Assembly: GCA_000165425.1 (NCBI GenBank)
Contig: CT868671.1
Coordinates: 191,027-255,026 of the forward strand
Direction of reading: 5' to 3'
Source: Paramecium tetraurelia
Taxonomy: Eukaryota
DNA: 64,000 nt
Shown here: in pieces, positions 54,871 to 64,000 of the stretch
Numbering within the stretch: position 1 is the first letter of the stretch
Layout of the letters: every line of letters starts with the position of its first letter
Translations under genes and position numbers: made by a program
The notes under the pieces: generated by a model
Told to the model about the DNA's origin: nothing
Seen by the model: the letters and a program-made list of their open reading frames with translations, nothing else
Database searches by the model: none

Positions 54871-57035
54871 TCAAAAATTATTAATTCTCTACTTCTTTTT
54901 AGCTTTGTTAAAACTATTATTCAAACTTGAACTTGCTTGCTGAATTGAAGGAGCTTAAAATAAATCTAAAGTATTAATGTAATTATAACCTCTATCAGTT
55001 TTTTTCGTCTCTTAAAAAAGTGATAAAACATCATTCTTTGAAAACACAGATTTGTTGCTTAAATCATTTTATTACTATTATTAAAAAGGATTAGATTAGA
55101 AAAAATTTAAACTTGAAATTTAATTCTAAGTCTGCTGCTATTAAGTAAAAAGATTTTAAATTTAAAAGCTTTACTATTAAATCAATTATTATGAATAATG
55201 CTATTATTACTATTATTATTACTATTAAAATAGATTATTTTATTAAATCGGCTATTACTAATAACTTAGTTATACAGATTCAAAATCTTTTTACTTATTT
55301 TACATAACCTAATTAATTTAAGGAGAAGCCTATTCGATGATTTCCATCTATTTGTTAGTAGAATATTGAAGTATTTTTGCATTTGCATTTTCGAAATTGT
55401 GAACGCTTTGCATCGAATTTTAAGTGTTCTGATTTTCTTAAGGTTTGTTCGTTATTTATTAAGGTTATTATGATGATATTTTAAATAATTCCATTATAGG
55501 TTAGTTTTAATTTTATGGTTAACATTATTAATTTTGATTGGATTGTGAAAAAGCTTAAAAGTATAGACTTATTNNNNNNNNNNNNNNNNNNNNNNNNNNN
55601 NNNNNNNNNNNNNNNNNNNNNNNNNNNNNNNNNNNNNNNNNNNNNNNNNNNNNNNNNNNNNNNNNNNNNNNNNNNNNNNNNNNNNNNNNNNNNNNNNNNN
55701 NNNNNNNNNNNNNNNNNNNNNNNTTTTTCATTTTGACATATTAAATTTGATTCAAAAATTATTCTTGTTATGGAAGTAAATCTTGGCCTATTTTTACTTG
55801 TTAATTCTCTAGTTCTTATTCTTTCTTTGTGTCTTATTATTATAATTAGTTTAATTTATAAAGCTATTTATCGTTTGGAGTAGAATTTTCTAAAGAAGAA
55901 TTCTATATATTGTTCTATTCTATATTTAATAATTCAGATTTTTTATTCACTTTCATCTAGTTTTAATTTAATTATTTCTAATATTATACTATGAAATTTA
56001 CTTGATTGATATTTTCCAAACACTATTCTTTACATTTTTAATTAGGTTTCGACTCTAACTCTTAATTTTATTATGCATTAGAAGCTTTTTTATTTTTATC
56101 CTAGCATTCTAAGTTCTCTTACACTTCTTATAAAAAATAACCGTTCTTAAAACTTAAGATTGTTTCATTTCCTTCTCCTTTTGAATTTGTTCCAGTTGAA
56201 CTTGAAGATTTATTATTGTTATTTTGATCATCCTTAAGGCGATCATTATTTGATGGGCTCTGGGCAGCAGATGAAGAAGCTTTTAATGCTTTAAGAAATG
56301 AATCACATTTCAAGTTCTTATTCTCATCATTTTGGATTATTGATTAATTCTCAATTATTTTCACTGGAGATAAATAATCACTAGTTTCAGCTTTTTATTA
56401 TTTGAGTGGTATACTACTTTCTGTAAAACTATCAAACTATTTCAATCTCTTATTGGAGTAATTTGAATAATATTCAGATGAATTTTCAAATTTTTGGTGT
56501 TTATTTTACTTTAAATTTTGTTTATTTAGATTAAACTCTAACTATTTTGGATTTTCTATTGTTATTATTAACAAATATTACCTTCCATTTTTCGACTTTT
56601 TTAATTTTTTGAGTATACTTTTTTAAACTTCTTTTGTTTTTTAGCATTTGGTTAGAAATTGCTTGGTTCCCTACCTAGATCAGTTTATGTTTCTTAAGAT
56701 TATTTTTTAGCAGAATCTATCTCTTCTTTTACTTATTATTCAAAGGCAAATATGGACTTGCGTTTTAGTACTGTACCATCTTCCTTATTTGGTATAATTC
56801 GATCTATAAGGACAAGATTATTTTTAAATTAATTAGATAGTTCTTATTCTAATTTTTAATCGTCAAATGATTGTATCCGTTAGATTAAACTTTATGAGTT
56901 GATTGTTGGCTTAAATAAACCTTAAATCTTGTTTTTTAATTTAGTTATGATGCCCGGTTTCATGTTTTTCGAGGAACCAAAAGGGTTATAACTTGAAATG
57001 CTCGTTCTTCTATTTCCAAACAGAAATTTATGCAT
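54871..57035 (-). CDS. Q/N/S-rich disordered protein, candidate nuclear-basket nucleoporin; spans the assembly gap
   Basis: MHKFLFGNRRTSISSYNPFGSSKNMKPGIITKLKNKIQGLF...; C-terminal NLF/NPF/SLF/DLF motifs and basic end KAKKKQRINNF-TGA. Confidence 0.55.
55574..55723. other. Assembly gap (150 N)
   Basis: Run of N characters. Confidence 0.99.
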
Positions 57036-58467
57036 AATTAATTAAATAATATATTTAAATTAATAAGATTATCTAGATGACAAAATATTTAAATGTTTTA
57101 ATAATTAACTAATATAATGATTCATATATATTATTACTAATAATACAACTTATCTCCTTGTATTATAATTAAAACTCAGTTATTTTAATTTACTCTTATT
57201 TACATCATTTGCAGAATTTATAAAAACAAATCAAGTATTAGGTTTAATTATTTTAGATCTGAGATCATAATTACCAAAATCATTTTATTTTATTTTATCA
57301 AATTTTAATCAATAAACAATCAATTCTAGTCATTTTCTAAACAGAGAATCATTCTAATTCTTATAATTTATGAGTTTGTTTAAAAAAAGAGCAACACATC
57401 AAATTATGGTTTTCTTTTTTATGTTATAATTTATGGGATGTTAAGAATTTTATTGATAATTAATTATTAAATTGTAATTAAAACTATCATACTTTAGTAG
57501 TACCCATTTTTGCATTCTATTTTTATTTCAATATGCTGCAATAGAAATACTAAGTAATTGTAGTAGTAGGCTATTTTTAAAATAATAAAAGTAGATAATT
57601 TATATGTAATTCAATCAAAAATAAGTGCAAAAATTCGAAAACCATCATAAAGACATTCAATTATATAAGGAAATTGTGAAAATGAGGTATAACGACAAGT
57701 AGATAATTGATAGTGTAATTACCATTAAAAATATGTTAATTATTCTTCTGATAAAATTATGGATATATTTTAATAGTATAAATATATAGATATTTATAAT
57801 AATGATATTTCAATTAAAATTCACTATTCAACAGAATTACGTATAATATTTTTTAAGATATTTCTAATCAGATTAATTTTTGGTTTCCGTAAAATTTATG
57901 AATACCACAGAGTGAATTACAAATTATATAATTCTTAAATTTTAAGATAAAATATCAATATCATTATACTTTAAGTAAACCAAGTGTAAAAATTTAAGAT
58001 ATTTAGACAGCATATTCTTAATTTAAAAATTAAAATCTATGTCCTTTTGTAAATTTATATCATGATATCAACACAATTTTGAATATGCTTTCATAAAAGA
58101 TCAGAACAAATAAATTGTATTTTTTATTAGACTACTTTTCTTAAGGATTCCAACAAAAACATCTTTGACAAAAAATTAAAATTACAATTTAATTACAATT
58201 AAAATTTGAAAAAATTTATCTTCAATGTTTGATTGAAAAAATACATATTTTTCAATAGAGCATAATTATATAATTAATATAAGGAGGGGAAAAAGAAGTT
58301 ATAAATTGGCAATCGTTATTATATTTTCTCTCAACAACTGAAAAGAGTATGCAGTTATTTTATAATAATTAAGTAAATAATGATGAAACCTTGAATTAAA
58401 TGAGATTTATGTACAAAATAATTTTAAAATAATTTCCATAATTTTCTTTTCATTAATTTAGATCTCA

Positions 58468-61400
58468 ATGCCTAATATAAGTCAATTAATGTCTAAAATA
58501 TTGACAAAATACATGGAGTATGATGATTCTGCCCTTGCATTACCTGAAAGCTTAGTTAACATACTACTTATTCATGCTTCTCTATTGAATATTTCATACA
58601 TATATTATCAGAATTCATCTTCTTGGCTTTATACTTTAGTAATATTAGCGAGGCCATCAGTTACAATATAGATTTCCTATTTTTATATTTTTGGGATTAG
58701 TTATTTGCTGCTACATATTTTATGTATAATAAAAACTAAATTACTGGGTAAGAGTATAGTTAGTCTTATTAATTGTTTAATGAAGGTCGGCCTTCTGAAT
58801 TTCGTAATTGAATAGTTTGAAGGCATATTTGGGTTTGTAATAGCCGGAATTATATTAGTTGTTCAAATGTTTGAGATATTATTTATACAAGGAACATTAG
58901 ATATAAAAACAAAGAATTTCTAGCTTACCTAGATTACATTTTTCAGCGTAATAACTTTGATGATGAATATATTGCTGATGACATTTTATAAATTAAATTT
59001 CCAGCTTAGACACCTATAAATTATAGCTATATTAAATTCAACCACATAAGCTTTGGACCTTTTATTAATAAAAAATTAAAGAAGCCCAATAATAAGATTA
59101 ATGATGATATCAATTTAATTAGTAACCATTTATGTTGGGGTAATGTAATTTATTCATTTTGAAAATTCCTATACCCTCGTTTTAGTACCTTTCTTTTTTA
59201 AAATTATATCACTATTAAGATTATCGGATTTAATCTACACAAATGATCCGATAATCAATGCATCTTTTTTAATGCAAGAAAGGAAACTTTATGAAAGTTT
59301 TATTATTCTAAATAAATTAAAGGATCAAAATTTTATTAGATAAATCAAAAGAAATCAACTATTGAAGAAGTGCATTTATTAAATAAATTAAGAATTATAA
59401 TAAAAAGTTAGAAGTCAAGAACTATTAGGAGTTGCTTCAAAATTAATCTAAAATGATATTAAGAATATAAAAATTTAAAATATGTTATTAAATATAATTT
59501 AATGGAAAATAAAATTATTATAAAATTGGAAGACTAATGAATTTGATGAGATTTATAAATTTGTCAACCGAATGTTAAAGCTAAAGCAAGAATTAGATGA
59601 TTATTATTTAGCAGAACCTAATGGTATGGTATAATCTTTAATTTGTTTTTTTTATGCGGAAATCTTAAATGATTTGTTAGAAGCAAATGAAATGATAATT
59701 CATTCCAAAAAATCAGCAGATTTATTCTTTGTAGATTATACGACTAACAAAAATATGTTTTATCTTACTACTAAATATGAAAATGGATAATTGCAGATGA
59801 ATAAAATATCAAGTAATGCTCCATCTTTTATATGTAATAAGAAATTACAGGATTTAATTCCATTAGGAGTTCGTGAATGGCATAATAAATTAGTAGATGA
59901 ATTTATAATAACTGGGAAATCAAAATTTGTGAGATAATTGAATCATAATTATGTAAACCATGGATCATCAATTGACACTGTAGATTTTGCAATTGATTTA
60001 ACGTACTCAGATTAAGTTAATTTTATTTGTCTAATATCTCCAACTTTAGTAAAGAATGCTACTTTGATTGTTGATGAAAAATATAATATTACCAGTTACA
60101 CCAATCAATTTAAAGAGATTAAACAATACAAAGTTCTATTTTCCAGAGGATCATCCATCATTAATATATTCCCATAAATTCAAGAAATTAAGTAATCCTG
60201 TTTCTTAGAAAATGTTCTTCTTAATACCAAAAAATTATTACATCAGAGTGATGAATAAGAGGATATTCGATACTATTGCAATTTAGAAATAATTCTCAAA
60301 CATTATTAAGATACAATGATTTATATGATTGTAAAATTGGAAAACATTTAAATAATCTATTAGAACACAGGCAACTCTAGTAAAAAAGATACTATATCAA
60401 ATCAATCTTCCTCTGCAAACGAATTAAGTATTGCTGAAGAAAGACATCTGCTACTTAATTAGATTTCTAGATAAGATATTCCCTTACTTGAATAGAATAA
60501 TGAAATTAAAAGCTTCAAATAGGTTAAGAGCCTTATTGAAAAGCAAAGCCTAAATGACGAAGCGATTAAAAAGGTCTTCAATATTGATACAATATAACCA
60601 TAAGTAATTACATCTAGAGGAGAACCAGAATAACATCTATTGGTTGATAAGATTAAAACTGATAGCAAAAAATATTCAGTTAAATCTCTAACATAAGGCG
60701 GAGAAGGTAAGGAATAACAACAGAAATAATAGGAGGCTAAAAAAGAAGAACTTTTTGATAGGGAAGACTAATCTTAAGTTTCATCTATAAGAATGCTAAG
60801 AAATTCAAAATTTTATCGAAAATATGACCTTTATAATAAATTTAATAAGCATATGCCTTTAAAAAGGTAACATTAATTCTTAGTTATGTTATTTGCATTA
60901 TGCATAATTATTTAAGGAGTATTCATCATTATTGTAATAATTTAATACTATTTTAGCAATTAACAAGTTTAAACTTAGTGTCATTTGCTATAGATATCAA
61001 TTTATTAGAAATTAAGAACCTTTTCTTTTAACCATTGGATATGTTTCTTGTTACAAGATGGAATTTGTGGACTTACAATTTTCAAAAATCTAATGGAATT
61101 ATAACACCAGAAGAGTACAATTCAGTTTCATAATTTGCAACCTCCAATTTGGGACTTGGATTCGATTCTCTAAACTCAAACTTAAAATTAGTATTAAATC
61201 GCTAAGAGCTTCAAGGTTTACTACAAACAAAATATATAGATGCTTTTTCTTATCTTGATACCTTTAAATCTGAATAATATAATATGACACTCAGAACAGC
61301 AATATCTGTTTTGTTGAATTTTTAATACATTTTGAAGATGAATTACATTTATGAAAAAACAGTTAAAGCTGACAGTCCTTAAATCTTTTATAGTTTTAAA

Positions 61401-62656
61401 AACTATCCTATAATGCGAGATATTATGACTTAATTGAATTCTGATATTATGGTACAAACAATTGCACGAGGATAGGATTTTTAGGATGAAATGAAAACTC
61501 TATTTTTATTTTAGTAGATATTTTTAATATTAATGGTACTTTCTATTATTTATGCTAAAATCTATATCAATAAAAAACTTATGGTATTTTTACATTTGAG
61601 CTAATATTCAGATAATGATGCAATCTAACAGGAGATTTATAAATTTAAGGAACTACTTGATAAATTGTAATCAGATAATTCTTATAAGTTTAACTATTCC
61701 CTTCAAATAACAGAGAAGGAATTTTAGTTCTTGGGTTAAAAAGTGGAGAAAGTGAGTAAAAATTCCAAAAATTTAAGGAAAAAAAGAATATCTCCTTATA
61801 GATTTATTCTCCTTCTAATTGTGCTTTATTCAATACTTACTCTAAATAGCATAATAAATTTTTATGAGTTTTCAAAATATCTGATAAAATACCCTGAAAC
61901 TGCTTATTATAAAAAATAATTGGCTGATCTAGGAGGAGATATACCATTGATGTTCGCTTAAAGGGAAGTTCTCTATGGTAGAAAAAACTATATGTACTTG
62001 GATGCTGCTTATTTCGACAGGATGTGGTATTACATTATGGAGTCCCTTAATAATACAAAATTATTTACCTCATAAGATCCAGATTTCGAATAGTAATTTA
62101 AAAGAACTATATTTTAGAATGCTTGTGACTAATAGCTTTAATGACTTCTATGCTCAGATTTAACTTAGTGATTTATGTGAATATCTACCAGGAGACATAA
62201 AGATTAGAGCAGCAACGTTATGTCCTACTATAATGAACCAAAATATGAGACATGGCCTCAAAGCGATGTTGATATATATTCAAAACCTAATTGAGACTGA
62301 TGTTGCAATTAATAACTTTACTTACAGAGCAGTGCCTACTTAAAATGAATTAGAAGGAGCATTTATGATATCGGAAGTGATAAATGTCATGAATTCTAAT
62401 TTTTATAATGATTTAATTCAAGTTACAACCGAACTAGTGGATCAATAAGAAGTAATTGATTTTATTAAATTAGGTTTTCAATATCTGCTACTTATTTATA
62501 CTTTTCGTTGTTTTCCTGATAATTATAACTGAAGTCAAGAACAAAATATATGAAAACAGTAGGATCATAATTCATTTTGTTTATGTGATTCCTTCCCAAA
62601 CAATATTCACTGATGATACATTTGAAAGAACTCTTAGAACTTTAATCAATTTCTGA
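58468..62656 (+). CDS. Multi-pass membrane PAS-domain protein (TmcB/TmcC-like, divergent)
   Basis: N-terminal TMs; PAS-like LQDLIPLGVREWHNKLVDEFIITGKSKF (~59845-59930); EDQSQVSS linker; C-terminus IHFVYVIPSQTIFTDDTFERTLRTLINF; start codon uncertain. Confidence 0.75.
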
Positions 62657-62767
62657 TAATATTTCTATAAAATATTTATAGTAACTTTTATTAAATAAGT
62701 AAAGAATTATTTTCTGATACTATAATAATTATAATGTCGGAGATTTAGTTCAAATGAATTTAAACTA

Positions 62768-63235
62768 ATGTTTTATGATTTAATACCAGGTAAATAGGCT
62801 TACTTAGAATCAGTAGAGAATTTGCAACAAGGAACTTATTTATTATTAGATGAATGCCCTTGTAAAATCCTCAGACTTCAACTCTTCTTTAGTCGTCATG
62901 GTCATTGTGCATACATTGAAGTTGAAAATGCATTTTCAAAATAAATTGTTAAAATATAACGTTCGATTCACGGAAAATTGGAAATACCTTTAATTTAATT
63001 TGAGGAATATAGTTTGATTGGAATATAAAATGATGATTTTTTAACATTATTAAATTCCAAGGGTACAATTCGAGAAGATATAAAGATGCCCTAATTTAAG
63101 GAGTTAGCAAACAAATTAAGGATGTGGTTTGAAGAGGGAAAGTAATATATTATTAATATTTTTAGAGATATTATAGTGTAGATTATAAAATATATGGATA
63201 AAGAGGAAGTGTCAGAGGCAAGATGTGAGGAATGA
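62768..63235 (+). CDS. Divergent eIF5A-like protein lacking the hypusine lysine, 147 aa
   Basis: ESVENLQQGTYLLLDECPCKILRLQLFFSRHGHCAY...EYSLIGIQNDDFLTLLNSKGTIREDIKMP...FEEGK|DIIVQIIKYMDKEEV aligns along the length of the canonical eIF5A at 22853-23387; intron 63142-63165. Confidence 0.8.
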
Positions 63236-63303
63236 ATAATATTATATTTTTAATAGAAATTATTTGGTTGAGTTAAATTAAAATACATTTTCTAGAATAT
63301 TAA

Positions 63304-64000
63304 ATGATGTTACTAAAAGCGTGTATGGTGGCAATTACGTTATTCTTGACCTTATGCTAGGATGATTCAGAATATGAAGGGAATAGCAAACCTAAAAGAC
63401 AAACTTATGATGACCCAGTATCTGCAGTTATCTATTGAAAGGATCCATATAAAAATCTTATCGAATGGTTGAAAGATGGGAAAGCTGAGATTTCAAAGGT
63501 GCAAATTGAAGTGTAGAGTGAAGGTCATAGAACGTTAAGAGCAACTCAATTCATCAGATAAGGTGAATGGGTGTTGTTCATTCCACGCACGCAATATTTA
63601 TCATTGGAGGAAGTGAAAAAGAGTTGTTTGATTAATAGAAAGATGATTTAAATCAATTATAAACCAAACAACATTCAAACTTATTTTGTTAATCATTTAT
63701 TACAAGAAAATAGGAGGTTTTTATCATAAAAATATGTATTAGAAAATATTCATTTTGGAAACCATATATTGATGTATTACCAAAAGATGTGAGTGGATTT
63801 CCTACTTATTTTGATGCTGAATAGGATGCATTATTGAAAGGTTCTCCAACTTTGTTTACAGTGATAAATCAAAGGAAAGTATTCAAAGAGGAATACGAGA
63901 ATTTGAAGGAAGCAGTAAAGGAATTCTAGAAATATGGCTATACATATGATGATTTCATAAAATTCAGAATTCTAACAATATCGAGAAGTTTTACAGTACA
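63304..64000 (+). CDS. SET-domain methyltransferase (SETD3/SETD4/Rubisco LSMT-type), partial, with hydrophobic leader
   Basis: YKNLIEWLKDG...HRTLRATQFIRQGEWVLFIP...SFWKPYIDVLP...ISRSF; leader MMLLKACMVAITLFLTLCQ; introns at 63418-63441 and ~63717-63741. Confidence 0.85.

Noticed and set aside
57036..58467. 1.4-kb AT-rich gap considered as a retained IES, transposon or hidden gene
   Set aside because: No terminal inverted repeats, transposase remnants or credible ORF seen; TA boundaries are uninformative at this AT content
62734..62757. Upstream ATG (MSEIQFK-TGA) as the start of the eIF5A-like gene
   Set aside because: Out of frame, and no 20-34 nt GT-AG intron joins it to the main ORF; it could be a uORF or a relic, but this is unsupported
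1..64000. CRISPR arrays, prokaryotic operons, tRNA/rRNA genes, telomeric repeats
   Set aside because: None observed; the sequence is eukaryotic, with no spaced direct repeats, cloverleafs or G-rich telomeric tracts

Overview
Very AT-rich, gene-dense eukaryotic DNA that reads as a ciliate macronuclear scaffold, most likely Paramecium. Long ORFs appear only when TAA/TAG are read as Gln and TGA is the sole stop (translation table 6), and genes are split by tiny 20-30 nt GT...AG introns. The supplied standard-code ORF track is therefore mostly fragments or antisense shadows. Manual retranslation gives about 27 protein-coding genes: three multi-TM PAS-domain (TmcB/TmcC-like) proteins, a Cys-rich multi-TM surface protein, an F-BAR-GRAM-VASt (LAM/Aster) protein, Rad23-like, MORN, HOOK-like, AIP1/WDR1, GSK3-like and ULK/Atg1-like kinases, eIF5A, an ankyrin protein, a ~2000-aa repeat surface protein, alpha-SNAP, a permuted papain-like enzyme, a rhomboid pseudoprotease, a CDP-alcohol phosphotransferase, EF-hand, ANP32-like and a SET methyltransferase. 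There is one 150-nt assembly gap. The most unusual observation is a second, highly divergent eIF5A paralogue (62768-63235) with Arg in place of the hypusine Lys and a remodelled loop; it shares an intron position with the canonical copy. Other points of interest are a signal-peptide-bearing SET methyltransferase, two small proteins (a 60-aa MGC/NPIIKRR peptide and a 99-aa secreted Met-rich precursor) and a candidate Nup60/Nup153-like basket nucleoporin. All gene models and family calls are by eye; no database searches were run.
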